From Acidimicrobiaceae bacterium (GTDB taxonomy: Bacteria; Actinomycetota; Acidimicrobiia; Actinomarinales; Actinomarinaceae), in NCBI GenBank assembly GCA_028404505.1, contig JAOOBM010000002.1:90587-154586 (forward strand): 64,000 bases of DNA. Direction: 5' to 3'. The position numbers and the translations under genes are program-made. Positions 9,507 to 19,620 of the stretch are shown here, piece by piece. Each line of letters begins with the position of its first letter. Position 1 is the first letter of the stretch. The notes below the pieces were generated by a model that was given only the letters and a program-made list of their open reading frames with translations, was not told where the DNA came from and searched no databases.

Positions 9507-10628
9507 TTATAAACTTAAGAGTCTGGATACATCATTTCGAGCAGATTTAGCAGTTCCAAAAATAAGCGAATCAGATTTAGCTTTTTTAAAATAAAGATGT
9601 GCGGGATGCTCCCAAGTAAACCCAATTCCACCATGAACTTGTATGTTATCTCCTGATACTTTATTGAATACATCTGAACAATAAGCTTTTGCCATTGAAG
9701 AACTCATTTCTAGTTCAACAATATCGTCAGAGTCAACTCTTACAGAACTGTAGGCAATAGATTTTGCACTTTCGATTTGAAGAAGCATATCTGCACACAT
9801 ATGTTGTATTGCTTGGAAAGATCCAATTGGTCTTCCAAATTGAATTCTTTCTTTTGCATATTGAGTAGACATGTCTAAACAAGCTTGTGCTCCCCCAACT
9901 TGCTCCATAGCAAGAAAAGAGATGGATATATGCTTTACCTTATTCCATATATTTTCATCTTCTTGAATATCGAACATAAAGTTTTCATTACCAACCTCGA
10001 CATTCTCAAGTATTATCTCAGCCATTGGTCTTGTTTGATCTAAGGAAGTTGTTTCTGAAATTGTTACTCCAGGGTTATCTTTATCTACCATTATGAATTT
10101 GAATCCATCTTCAGATTTAGCAAGAATAGCAAAATAATCAGAAGTATCTCCAAACATCACATAACTTTTCTTGCCATTAAGTATGTATCCACTGTCATTA
10201 TTTTCAGCTACTGTTGAAATATTTTCATCATTTATCTCATATCGGTCATTTTCATAAATGCCAAAGGAACCAATCTTTGAGCCTGAAACTATTTCAGGAA
10301 GAATTTTATTTTTTAGTTCAGAAGGAGAGTGTAAAAGTAGTTGTTTGAATACAACACCTGAACTAAAAATGGGAACTATAGGCATATAATATCCAAATAC
10401 TTCTGAGAGTATAGATGAGTCAACTTTTGTGAAACCTAAGCCTCCATCCTCTTCAGGAACATCTAAACCCAACCAACCTTGTTCACTTATAAGCTGCCAT
10501 AACTCACTGTCAATTCTTGTGTTATCGTCAACTTTTTTAATTAACTCAAGCAAATCAACTTTTTCAGAAAGAAGCTTTTGAGCATTTTCTTTAATTTCAT
10601 TTTGAAGTTCTGTAAGACTGAATTGCAT
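9507..10628 (-). CDS. Acyl-CoA dehydrogenase family protein.
   Basis: C-terminal ACAD signature (QVHGGIGFTWEHPAHLYFKKAK) and middle-domain homology. Confidence 0.75.
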   Translation of the reverse strand: MQFSLTELQNEIKENAQKLLSEKVDLLELIKKVDDNTRIDSELWQLISEQGWLGLDVPEEDGGLGFTKVDSSILSEVFGYYMPIVPIFSSGVVFKQLLLHSPSELKNKILPEIVSGSKIGSFGIYENDRYEINDENISTVAENNDSGYILNGKKSYVMFGDTSDYFAILAKSEDGFKFIMVDKDNPGVTISETTSLDQTRPMAEIILENVEVGNENFMFDIQEDENIWNKVKHISISFLAMEQVGGAQACLDMSTQYAKERIQFGRPIGSFQAIQHMCADMLLQIESAKSIAYSSVRVDSDDIVELEMSSSMAKAYCSDVFNKVSGDNIQVHGGIGFTWEHPAHLYFKKAKSDSLIFGTAKSARNDVSRLLSL

Positions 10629-10703
10629 TCCCTTATTCTAATTTTGTTTTCAAATTTGACTAATCAAATGTCGTTTGTTTTTTTATAGAATTAATATAGT
10701 TAT

Positions 10704-11429
10704 GTGTTAAAAATTGAAAATTTACATGCATCTGTAGAATCAACTCCAATTATAAATGGAGTCAATCTAGAAATAAACCCTGGTGAAGTTCATGCAATCA
10801 TGGGACCTAATGGCTCAGGAAAATCAACTCTTGCTAATGTTTTAATGGGTAACCCAGTATATGAAATTACAGATGGAAAAATTACATTCAGTGGAGAGGA
10901 TGTCACTGAAGAACCAGTAGACAATCGAGCAAAGAAAGGGATGTTTCTTGCTTTTCAATATCCCGAGTCAATACCTGGAGTAACGATAGTTAATATGCTT
11001 AAAACTGCTCTTACAAATATTGAAGAAACTGAATACACAACAGTAGAGCTCAGATTAAAAGTTGCTGAAGCAATGAAAGATTTAGGTCTTTCACCAGATT
11101 TTGTTGATAGATACTTAAACGATGGTTTTTCAGGTGGAGAGAGAAAGAGAAATGAGATTCTACAACTTGCAGTACTAAATCCCAAACTTGCAATTTTAGA
11201 TGAAACTGATTCAGGTCTTGATGTTGATGGTTTAAGAATAGTAGGAGAAGGAATAAGTAATTTAAGAACTCCAGATCGTGCTTATTTGGTCGTTACCCAT
11301 TATCAGAGATTATTGGAATATGTTAAACCAGACTATGTTCATGTATTTGTGGGTGGGAATATTGTAGAAACTGGTGGTGTAGAATTATCTGAAAAACTTG
11401 AGAAAGAAGGATACGAATCTTACCAATGA
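10704..11429 (+). CDS. sufC: Fe-S cluster assembly ATPase SufC (copy 1).
   Basis: Walker A GPNGSGKST, an ABC signature, and the SufC-typical C-terminus. The ORF uses a GTG start. Confidence 0.85.
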   Translation: MLKIENLHASVESTPIINGVNLEINPGEVHAIMGPNGSGKSTLANVLMGNPVYEITDGKITFSGEDVTEEPVDNRAKKGMFLAFQYPESIPGVTIVNMLKTALTNIEETEYTTVELRLKVAEAMKDLGLSPDFVDRYLNDGFSGGERKRNEILQLAVLNPKLAILDETDSGLDVDGLRIVGEGISNLRTPDRAYLVVTHYQRLLEYVKPDYVHVFVGGNIVETGGVELSEKLEKEGYESYQ

Positions 11430-12649
11430 GCAAATTTTCAGACATAAAAAAAGATTTTCCAATATTTGAGAGAGATATCAATGGAAAGAAATTAACTTAC
11501 TTAGACTCAGGTGCAACCTCACAAAAACCTAACTCAGTAATAGATAAGATGAATGATATTTACAAATTTAATAATGCAAATGTTCACAGAGGAACTTATG
11601 TGCTTTCATCAGAAACAACCCAGGAATATGAAGCAGTTAGGTATAAGCTTCAATCTTTCTTAAATGCATCTGAATCAGATGAGATTATTTTTACTAAGGG
11701 TACAACTGAAGCACTTAATTTTTTAGCTAATTCAATAGCAAATAAATTTATGGGTGAGGGTGATGAGATTATCTTATCGGAGATTGAACATCATGCAAAT
11801 ATTATCCCTTGGCAAATGGTTGCTGAAAAATACAAATTAACCATTAATTACGTAAAAGTAAATGATGACTTTTCACTAGATCTTGATGATTTATCTTCAA
11901 AGCTTTCATCAAGAACAAAAGTGGTTTCAATTGTTGGTGAATCTAATCTTTCCGGAATGCTTCCTGATATTAAAGAAATAAATAATTTAGTTAGATCAAA
12001 TTCTGATGCTTTACTAATTATTGATGGTGCTCAATTAGTACCACATAGAAAAGTAGATGTTCAGGATTTAGGAATTGATTTCTTGGTATTCTCCGGACAT
12101 AAAATGCTTGGACCTACTGGTATTGGTGTTGTTTGGGGCAAGAAAGAATTATTGAATTCTCTTGATCCAGTTTATGGAGGTGGAGATATGATTGAAGAAG
12201 TTCATTATGATAAAGCAACCTGGGCACCAGTTCCTCACAAATTCGAAGCAGGAACTCCCCCATACGTAGAGGCAATTGGCCTTGGAGCAGCTGTAGATTA
12301 TTTAGAAAATTTAGGTATGTCTGAGGTTGAAAAACATTCTGATGAATTGCGTGAATACGGTAGGAAAGTTTTACTAGATATCGATGGTGTGAATGTAATA
12401 CATGCCGAACAAGATATTGCAGGATGTACTTTTGGTATGTATGTTGACGGTGTTCATGCAGCAGACCTTTCGTTGATGCTAGATACACATGGAGTTGCTG
12501 TAAGAGCAGGTCATCATTGTGTTCAACCATTTCACAGAAAATTAGGTATTGATGCAACTATTAGATCAACAGCCTACATTTATAACGACAAAGAAGATAT
12601 TGACACATTAAAGTCAGCACTAATATCTAGTGTCGAAATGTTGAGATAA
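11426..12649 (+). CDS. sufS: Cysteine desulfurase SufS.
   Basis: Class V aminotransferase with the PLP-lysine region SGHKMLGPTGIG and a C-terminal active-site Cys (RAGHHC). It overlaps sufC by 4 nt. Confidence 0.85.
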   Translation: MSKFSDIKKDFPIFERDINGKKLTYLDSGATSQKPNSVIDKMNDIYKFNNANVHRGTYVLSSETTQEYEAVRYKLQSFLNASESDEIIFTKGTTEALNFLANSIANKFMGEGDEIILSEIEHHANIIPWQMVAEKYKLTINYVKVNDDFSLDLDDLSSKLSSRTKVVSIVGESNLSGMLPDIKEINNLVRSNSDALLIIDGAQLVPHRKVDVQDLGIDFLVFSGHKMLGPTGIGVVWGKKELLNSLDPVYGGGDMIEEVHYDKATWAPVPHKFEAGTPPYVEAIGLGAAVDYLENLGMSEVEKHSDELREYGRKVLLDIDGVNVIHAEQDIAGCTFGMYVDGVHAADLSLMLDTHGVAVRAGHHCVQPFHRKLGIDATIRSTAYIYNDKEDIDTLKSALISSVEMLR

Positions 12650-12650
12650 A

Positions 12651-13064
12651 ATGTCTATAAGAGAAAAAGTTGATGAATACAAAAAAATACTAGATATTTT
12701 CCCAAATGATCAGGAAAAATATCAATATTTAATTGAAAAAGCTAAAGAGAATGATTCTTTTCCTCTAGAATTACGACTCGATAACTTTAAAGTAAATGGT
12801 TGTCAAAGCCAAGTTTGGCTTGTTCCTGAAGAAAAAGATGAAAAGCTTTTTTTTAATAGTGATTCAGATGCTCTTATTGCAAAAGGATTGGTTACTTTAA
12901 TTGCATCAATATACTCTGATGAAAAAGCTGAAGATATTGTTTCGTCAGAAATTGATTTGATGGAAGAATTTGAGTTAGGTGTAATTTTAAGTCCTGCTCG
13001 TAGAAATGGAGCTTACAGCATGCTTAAAACAATTAAAGAGTATGCTAAAAATCTAATTTCTTAA
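12651..13064 (+). CDS. sufE: SufE-like cysteine desulfuration (sulfur acceptor) protein.
   Basis: Conserved GCQSQVW motif with the acceptor Cys, directly downstream of sufS. Confidence 0.75.
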   Translation: MSIREKVDEYKKILDIFPNDQEKYQYLIEKAKENDSFPLELRLDNFKVNGCQSQVWLVPEEKDEKLFFNSDSDALIAKGLVTLIASIYSDEKAEDIVSSEIDLMEEFELGVILSPARRNGAYSMLKTIKEYAKNLIS

Positions 13065-13068
13065 GTTA

Positions 13069-13542
13069 TTATTTCCACCAAGATTCATGTGGAAAATCAA
13101 CCCATACATTTTCTGTATCTTTTGCTAAATCTCTTATATAGTAGTGAGGCTCGAAATCGCATTCATTGTTCCACCAGAGCGATACAAATCGAACGTCACA
13201 TTCATGATTTATATTTTCTTTTATATACTCAGAAAGCCTTTCAAAGGTTTCGCCGCTGTCACAAATATCATCAACAATCAGAACTTTTTCATCTTTAGAC
13301 TTGGGTAAGTAATTTTCCCAATGTGGAAAATCTCTTGTTGATGCATGTACTGGCTTAAATGGAATATTTAATTTATGAGAAATCATAACTCCGGGTATTA
13401 AACCTCCACGACTAATACCAACAATGACATCTGGAACAAAATCATCTTTCTCAATAAGTTCACAAATTTCGTTTGTATCTTTTAATTGTTCATCCCAAGA
13501 GTAAAATAATTTTTCCATAATTGTAAGTGCTAATTCTATCAA
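13069..13542 (-). CDS. gpt: Xanthine-guanine phosphoribosyltransferase-like type I PRTase.
   Basis: VSRGGLIPG plus the PRPP-binding motif VLIVDDICDSGET. Length (157 aa) and C-terminal layout resemble E. coli Gpt. Confidence 0.6.
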   Translation of the reverse strand: MIELALTIMEKLFYSWDEQLKDTNEICELIEKDDFVPDVIVGISRGGLIPGVMISHKLNIPFKPVHASTRDFPHWENYLPKSKDEKVLIVDDICDSGETFERLSEYIKENINHECDVRFVSLWWNNECDFEPHYYIRDLAKDTENVWVDFPHESWWK

Positions 13543-13646
13543 AAATTTAAATCATAAATCTTGTTTCTTCCATAAAAAAATGATGTGTAAAAGAATAATG
13601 TACTGATGCCAATGTCTATAATGAAAATTATGAAAAGGAGGTAAGG

Positions 13647-14675
13647 ATGCGCAGAAGTTGGGCAGTAGGCCTAATTATTATCAGTATTCTTACTATGGCC
13701 TGCGGTGGAGCCGCAGACGTAGATGATTACAAAGCTGCTTTTGTTTATCTAGGATCCGCAAATGACGGAGGATGGACACAAGCACATGACGAGGGTCGTC
13801 AATATCTTGTTGAAGAGACAGGAATAGAGACAGCTTTCACAGAGGATGTTCCCCCAGATGCAACTGAATTTAGAACAGTTGCGGAAGCGTATATTGAACA
13901 AGGTTACAATATTATCTTTGGAACAACTTTCGGTTATCTAGATATCATGGAGGAAATGGCATTGGAATACCCTGATGTAACATTCCTTCACTGTTCTGGA
14001 TATAAATCTAATGACTCAAACTATACAAATTATTTTGGAAAGATTTACGAAGCAAGATATTTGTCAGGTTTAGCAGCAGGTTCACTTACTGAGTCAAACA
14101 AGATTGGTTATGTAGCTGCATTTCCAATTCCAGAAGTCATAAGAGGAATTAATGCTTTTGCAAATGGTGTAAAAGAAGTAAATCCTAACGCAACTGTTGA
14201 AGTTGTATGGACAAATACATGGTTTGGTCCTGAGGAAGAAACACAAGCTGCAAATGCACTTTTAGAAGCTGGGGCTGATGTTCTTACGCAACATCAAGAT
14301 TCTGCATCTACAGGAATTGCCGCAGAGGCAGCTGGAGCTAAATGGATTGGTTACCACACAGGTTATGGTAAAGAAGCCGCTCCTAACGCATTTGTTACTG
14401 CGCCAGTGTGGAACTGGGGCCCACTTTACACTGAAATGGTAAACGCAGTAATTAACGACGAATTCACAACAACTCCATATTGGACAGGAATGTCTGGGAA
14501 TGTTGTTGATTTATTTGAAGTATCAGATGACGTATCAAGTGATATTAAGACACTCATCGAAGATAGAAAACAAGAAATTATTGACGGAACTTTTGAAATT
14601 TTTGAGGGTTCAAGTGATGGTGACTTGTTAGGCATGAGTTACTTTGTTGACAACGTTGTAGGTACACTAGATTAA
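13647..14675 (+). CDS. BMP-family (basic membrane protein) ABC-transporter substrate-binding lipoprotein, probably nucleoside-binding.
   Basis: Lipoprotein signal ending LTMACGG, a strong SD (AAAGGAGG) upstream, and BMP/Med family homology. Its GC content is visibly higher than that of its neighbours. Confidence 0.8.
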   Translation: MRRSWAVGLIIISILTMACGGAADVDDYKAAFVYLGSANDGGWTQAHDEGRQYLVEETGIETAFTEDVPPDATEFRTVAEAYIEQGYNIIFGTTFGYLDIMEEMALEYPDVTFLHCSGYKSNDSNYTNYFGKIYEARYLSGLAAGSLTESNKIGYVAAFPIPEVIRGINAFANGVKEVNPNATVEVVWTNTWFGPEEETQAANALLEAGADVLTQHQDSASTGIAAEAAGAKWIGYHTGYGKEAAPNAFVTAPVWNWGPLYTEMVNAVINDEFTTTPYWTGMSGNVVDLFEVSDDVSSDIKTLIEDRKQEIIDGTFEIFEGSSDGDLLGMSYFVDNVVGTLD

Positions 14676-14686
14676 ATGTTTTTATT

Positions 14687-14722
14687 ACAGCACCTCTATT
14701 AAGAGGTGCTGTAATTTTTTTT
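14687..14722 (+). terminator. Rho-independent terminator or attenuator between the binding-protein gene and the transporter ATPase gene.
   Basis: An 11-bp perfect stem (ACAGCACCTCT / AGAGGTGCTGT) with a 4-nt loop, followed by AATTTTTTTT immediately before the ATG at 14723. Confidence 0.7.
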
Positions 14723-16219
14723 ATGAATAATAAATTTTTAGAAACCAGGAATGTAACTAAAACTTTTGGAAAATTAAAAGCTTTAGATGACGTAAATTTC
14801 AATCTATACCAAGGAAAAATTCATGGGTTACTTGGCGAAAATGGTGCTGGAAAATCTTCATTAATGAACATATTATCTGGAATATACCAACCAGATAAAG
14901 GATCAATTTATCTTGATGGCGAAAAACAAAAAATTTTAAATCCAGATTTCGCTTCCAAACTTGGTATTGGAATGGTTCATCAAGAGTTTCGGTTAGTTGA
15001 AAGCTTTAGTATTAAAGACAATTTGACACTTTCGAAGTCAAATATTTACAAAAATGATTTCTTAATATCTTTTAAAAAATACTCAGAAATATTTGCACTT
15101 AATGTAAATGAAAATGAAATAATTTCAAATTTATCAGTTGGTGAAAAACAAAAAATTGAAATAATGAAACTAATTTTTAACGACAGCAGGATCATGCTAC
15201 TTGATGAACCAACAGCTGTTCTCACTCCCCAGGAAACTTCTCAACTTAAAAACTCACTCGTAACTTTGGCACAAGAAGATATGAAAACGATTGTATTGAT
15301 TACTCATAAATTAAAAGAGATCAAAGAATTTACTGAAATAGTATCAGTTATGAAAAATGGGAAGATGGTTGCTAAAGATTTGGCAACGAAAGATGTGACA
15401 GATAATCAGCTTATTGAACTGATGATGGGTACGGTAAAAACATCTACTGTAAACAAAAATAATGAAGTTGGAAAAATTAAATTAAATGTTGAGAATATAA
15501 ACTACACAGATTCTGTTAATAATATAAAAAAACTTGAAGACATTAATTTCCAAGTAAAGGCTGGCGAAATTTTAGGTTTAGCTGGGGTGTCTGGCAATGG
15601 TCAAGTAGAACTTGCAAATATTATTTCAGGAATCGAAAGAATATATGAAGGAAAAATAATTATTGATAATACAGATGTTTCAAGTAAAGGTGTAAGGTCC
15701 AGAAAGAAACTAAATTTATCTTATATCCCTGAAAATAGACTCGGGGTTGGCCTTGCACCTGGTGTATCTGTCATAGATAATTCGATAGTTAAAGATTATT
15801 TTCATACAAAACTTGGTCCACATTTATCTAGAAACAAAACATCAAACTACCTTGAGAGTTTGATCAAACAATTTTCAATAAAGGCACCTAATCCAAAAGC
15901 TGAAATTTCTACATTATCTGGAGGAAACATGCAAAAATTATTGATGGGTAGAGAATTAGTTGGTGATCCTGATGTAATTATTGCCTCCCAACCAACAAGA
16001 GGTTTAGATGTAAATGCAGTTGATGCAATTCACAACTTGTTGATTGATCAAAGAAATAAGGGTTCGGCAATTTTTTTAATTTCGGAAGATCTAGATGAAT
16101 TATTTAAGTTATCTCACAGATTACTGGTTATCTTTGAAGGTAAAATTGTAAAATCTTTCAACACTGTAGATGCGGATATTAATGATGTTGGTTTGGCAAT
16201 GGCGGGGGTTAATGAATAA
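14723..16219 (+). CDS. ABC transporter ATP-binding protein with duplicated ATPase domains (BMP/nucleoside-type importer).
   Basis: Two Walker A motifs (GENGAGKSS, GVSGNGQ) and two ABC signature regions (LSVGEKQK, LSGGNMQK). Confidence 0.85.
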   Translation: MNNKFLETRNVTKTFGKLKALDDVNFNLYQGKIHGLLGENGAGKSSLMNILSGIYQPDKGSIYLDGEKQKILNPDFASKLGIGMVHQEFRLVESFSIKDNLTLSKSNIYKNDFLISFKKYSEIFALNVNENEIISNLSVGEKQKIEIMKLIFNDSRIMLLDEPTAVLTPQETSQLKNSLVTLAQEDMKTIVLITHKLKEIKEFTEIVSVMKNGKMVAKDLATKDVTDNQLIELMMGTVKTSTVNKNNEVGKIKLNVENINYTDSVNNIKKLEDINFQVKAGEILGLAGVSGNGQVELANIISGIERIYEGKIIIDNTDVSSKGVRSRKKLNLSYIPENRLGVGLAPGVSVIDNSIVKDYFHTKLGPHLSRNKTSNYLESLIKQFSIKAPNPKAEISTLSGGNMQKLLMGRELVGDPDVIIASQPTRGLDVNAVDAIHNLLIDQRNKGSAIFLISEDLDELFKLSHRLLVIFEGKIVKSFNTVDADINDVGLAMAGVNE

Positions 16220-17270
16220 ATATATTTTAACAAAACGCCAAGTTGTAAATGAACTATCTACTTTTTACTCTTTTCTATTAGGTTTTTTAATTGCCCTGAT
16301 GATTGGGTCAATCATTTTATTAATTCAAGATAAAAATCCATTTGATACTTTTTCGCTTATGTTCAAATTATCAATTGGAAGTGTTAACAGTCTTAGTTCA
16401 TCTTTAAATAAAGCTACACCTCTTATCCTCGCAGGTTTGGGAATAGCCATAATAAATACTGTAAAGCTTTGGAACATTGGCGCAGAAGGCCAAATTTTTA
16501 TGGGCGCAATTGCTGTAAATCTAATTTATATTAATTTTCAATTGACCAACTCGACTTCATTTATTTTTGTACTTTTGGTTTCAGCATTTATCGGAGGTGC
16601 ATTTTGTATATTAATTCCTGCTATTACAAAGGTACTATTTGGGGTTAATGAAATAATTACAACTTTACTGACAAACTATATTGTTATAGGTTTAACTATA
16701 TATCTCGTAAACGGACCCTGGAAAGACCCTGGATCATTAAATTTTCCTGCTGCAGCTTATGTAGGAAAAGAAGTATATTTACCAACCATTTTTGGGAAAT
16801 TAAGTTATGGATTTTTAATTTGTATATTATTTACTGTTTTCGCACATTACCTTAAAAATAGTTCTGTTTTTGGCTACGAAATGAGAATTGCTGGTGGATC
16901 GGAAATGACCGCAATTTATGCAGGAATCAACGCTAAACAAAAAGCTTTTTTTGCAATGTTAATAGGTGGAGGGTTTGCAGGATTAGCTGGAGGAGTAGAA
17001 TTATTAAGCCAGACCCATCGTGTTTCTACAGGTATATCACAGGGATTTGGATACACTGCCATAATTGTGGCCGCAATAACTGGGATGCGTCCAATTGGTA
17101 TTTTTCTTGTTGGATCTCTGTTTGGAGCTTTATCTATTGGAGGTTCTGTAATTCAAACAATTGGTGTTAGCACATATATTGCTGATATAATTCAAGCCTC
17201 TACTCTATTTGGTGCATTAGTTATTCAGTTTTTTTTCAATTATAAATTAAAGAGAGCTGATGATGGTTGA
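16212..17270 (+). CDS. ABC transporter permease (BMP/nucleoside-type).
   Basis: Polytopic membrane protein. The ATG at 16212 overlaps the upstream stop (ATGAATAA). The tracked ORF start at 16170 is probably too long. Confidence 0.75.
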   Translation: MNKYILTKRQVVNELSTFYSFLLGFLIALMIGSIILLIQDKNPFDTFSLMFKLSIGSVNSLSSSLNKATPLILAGLGIAIINTVKLWNIGAEGQIFMGAIAVNLIYINFQLTNSTSFIFVLLVSAFIGGAFCILIPAITKVLFGVNEIITTLLTNYIVIGLTIYLVNGPWKDPGSLNFPAAAYVGKEVYLPTIFGKLSYGFLICILFTVFAHYLKNSSVFGYEMRIAGGSEMTAIYAGINAKQKAFFAMLIGGGFAGLAGGVELLSQTHRVSTGISQGFGYTAIIVAAITGMRPIGIFLVGSLFGALSIGGSVIQTIGVSTYIADIIQASTLFGALVIQFFFNYKLKRADDG

Positions 17271-18186
17271 TGTACAATTTCTTGGATTACTAAATGCAAC
17301 ATTACAAGCCGCAACACTCTTGTTTATTGCTTCACTTGGAGAATTAATTACTGAAAAATCAGGAATTCTTAATCTTGGAGTTGAAGGAATGATATCGATT
17401 GGAGCAGTTACAGGATTTATGACTGCAGTAAATACAAATAATATTTTTCTTGCAATAGTCGTTGGAATTCTTTCATCATCAATCTTTGCTTCTTTGCATG
17501 CAATTGTGACAGTAATTTTAAAACAAGATCAAACAGTCTCAGGTTTGATATTAACAATACTTGGTTTAGCGGTTTCCTCTTTACTTGGAAAAAATTATGT
17601 GGGTAGGAAACTTGAAACAAAGATAGATAGTCTTTTTACTATTGAAAATCCCTCTAACGTTTTAGAAGTTTTTTTAAGTCAAAATATAATTTTTTATCTC
17701 GCAATTATATTTACAATTACAATTTCTTACATACTTAAGAACACAATGTTTGGTACAAGATTTCAAGCTGTTGGAGAAGACGCAAAAGCAGCTGACTCAA
17801 TGGGGCTTAATGTTTCAAAAACACAATTTATTGCTACTTGTATTGGTGGTGCTTTCGCTGGACTATCAGGAGTATATTTAACATTAAGCTACGTACCTTA
17901 TTGGACTGATAACATGACTGCCGGTAGAGGCTGGATAGCTTTGGCATTAGTAATTTTTGGAGGATGGAAGCCTTACAGAACAGCCCTAGGAGCACTTTTG
18001 TTTGGATTTCTTGAAGCTTTAGTCCCAAGATTGCAAACATATGGTTTTGAATTGAATCCTTACATTGTAAAAATTACCCCTTATATAATAACAATTCTTG
18101 TTTTAGTTATTCTCACAATTTACAAAGGTGGAAAAACTGGAGCTCCCAAAAATATCGGAATCCCATTCTTTAGAGAAAATAGATAG
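17260..18186 (+). CDS. ABC transporter permease (second subunit).
   Basis: Polytopic membrane protein overlapping the upstream permease by 11 nt. Confidence 0.75.
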   Translation: MMVDVQFLGLLNATLQAATLLFIASLGELITEKSGILNLGVEGMISIGAVTGFMTAVNTNNIFLAIVVGILSSSIFASLHAIVTVILKQDQTVSGLILTILGLAVSSLLGKNYVGRKLETKIDSLFTIENPSNVLEVFLSQNIIFYLAIIFTITISYILKNTMFGTRFQAVGEDAKAADSMGLNVSKTQFIATCIGGAFAGLSGVYLTLSYVPYWTDNMTAGRGWIALALVIFGGWKPYRTALGALLFGFLEALVPRLQTYGFELNPYIVKITPYIITILVLVILTIYKGGKTGAPKNIGIPFFRENR

Positions 18187-18262
18187 CTAACAGAAATTAC
18201 TGTTGTAATTTGCTATTATTAAAGGAACTTTAAACAATGCCTGTGAGTATTGAAAGGATAAA

Positions 18263-18739
18263 ATGACTATAGACAAAATTCTATATCGCCTCAGTAAAGA
18301 AATCATTGAATCGAATATTTCAAATCCTTATCTATTAGGTATTCCGAAAAGAGGCGACCTTTTAGCTCAAAGAATATCTAATAATTTATTAGGAGAAAAC
18401 TTTAAACATGACTTAGGAAAAGTGGACTACTTACCATTTAGAGATGATTTAGATAAAAACTTAGAGAAAAATATTCTTGATATTTCACCAGAAAATAGAG
18501 AGGTGATATTAATTGACGACGTTATTTATACAGGTAGAACATTAAGGGCATCTATTGAAGCAGTAATGTACTCTGGGCGACCAAAATCTATTTCACTTTT
18601 ATGTCTTATTGACCGAGGACACAGAGAACTGCCTATCACGCCTAAATTTGTTGGTAAAAATATACCAACAAATCAAGACGAGTATGTCTCTGTTTTTTTG
18701 AAAGAAATAGATAATGAAGACAAGGTCGAGGTTACATAG
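18263..18739 (+). CDS. pyrR: Bifunctional pyrimidine operon regulator / uracil phosphoribosyltransferase PyrR.
   Basis: PRTase motif VILIDDVIYTGRT and its position at the head of pyrB-pyrC-carAB-pyrF. Confidence 0.85.
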   Translation: MTIDKILYRLSKEIIESNISNPYLLGIPKRGDLLAQRISNNLLGENFKHDLGKVDYLPFRDDLDKNLEKNILDISPENREVILIDDVIYTGRTLRASIEAVMYSGRPKSISLLCLIDRGHRELPITPKFVGKNIPTNQDEYVSVFLKEIDNEDKVEVT

Positions 18740-18741
18740 AA

Positions 18742-19620
18742 ATGAGACATCTTTTAGATTTTCAAGATGTAAATAAAAACCATTTAGAAAATCTAATTGA
18801 AAAAACCAGAAGTCTTGAATTTAAATCAGAAAATATAGACTCTTTAGCCCTCTTGAAGTTTGACGAACCTTCAACAAGAACTAGGCTCTCTTTTGCAATA
18901 GCAGCAGAAAAACTTGGAATTAAAACTTTCGAATCTTCAGATGTTATATCGGCAAAACAAAAAGGAGAAATTCTTAAACATGAAATAGAGACATACATTT
19001 CTATGGGTATTGAGATTCTAGTGTTAAGGACAAAAGAAAATAATATTGATGATTATCGAGAATTTAAAGACATTGGTGTTATAAGTGCTGGTTTTGGAAA
19101 TAAATCTCATCCAACTCAAGCATTGATTGATATATCTACACTGTTTAGTTTGAATAAAATCAATGAAAAACTTACCCCAATAACTTATATTGGAGACGTA
19201 AAACATTCAAGAGTATTTGAATCGGGAAGACAACTGCTAAATTTATTAGGATTCAAAGTTGGTGTCTTTACGGATAAAAATCTATTACCTGAAAATAAAA
19301 ATGACCTTGAAATTTATGAATCGTGGGATGAGGTATTTGAGAGTTCTAACGCAATTGAACTTCTAAGAGTACAGAAAGAAAGATTAAAAGATAATGAAGA
19401 AATAAACTTTGATGAATATATAAATAATTATCAACTTACACAAAAAATTTTAGGAAAATCACAAAGTGATTTGGCTGTTCTTCATCCAATGCCAATCAAT
19501 ATTGGTATTGAGATTTCTAAAGATGCTATTGATGATAAGAAAATAAAATATAAGGACCAGCTTTCACACGCTATACCTTCACGAATTGCAGCATTCAAAT
19601 ATGCAAGGGATGAAATATGA
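18742..19620 (+). CDS. pyrB: Aspartate carbamoyltransferase catalytic subunit.
   Basis: STRTRLSF carbamoyl-phosphate binding motif and the HPxQ region (HPTQALID). Confidence 0.85.
   Translation: MRHLLDFQDVNKNHLENLIEKTRSLEFKSENIDSLALLKFDEPSTRTRLSFAIAAEKLGIKTFESSDVISAKQKGEILKHEIETYISMGIEILVLRTKENNIDDYREFKDIGVISAGFGNKSHPTQALIDISTLFSLNKINEKLTPITYIGDVKHSRVFESGRQLLNLLGFKVGVFTDKNLLPENKNDLEIYESWDEVFESSNAIELLRVQKERLKDNEEINFDEYINNYQLTQKILGKSQSDLAVLHPMPINIGIEISKDAIDDKKIKYKDQLSHAIPSRIAAFKYARDEI

Noticed and set aside
16170-16211. Tracked ORF start at 16170 for the first BMP permease.
   Set aside because: That start lies 50 nt inside the ATPase gene. The ATG at 16212 overlapping the upstream stop (ATGAATAA) is the more plausible coupled start.
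18187-18262. Looked for a PyrR-binding RNA attenuator upstream of pyrR/pyrB.
   Set aside because: Only a short AT-rich hairpin (AAATTAC-TGTT-GTAATTT) is present, and there is no match to the PyrR-binding loop consensus. It may simply terminate the upstream permease gene.
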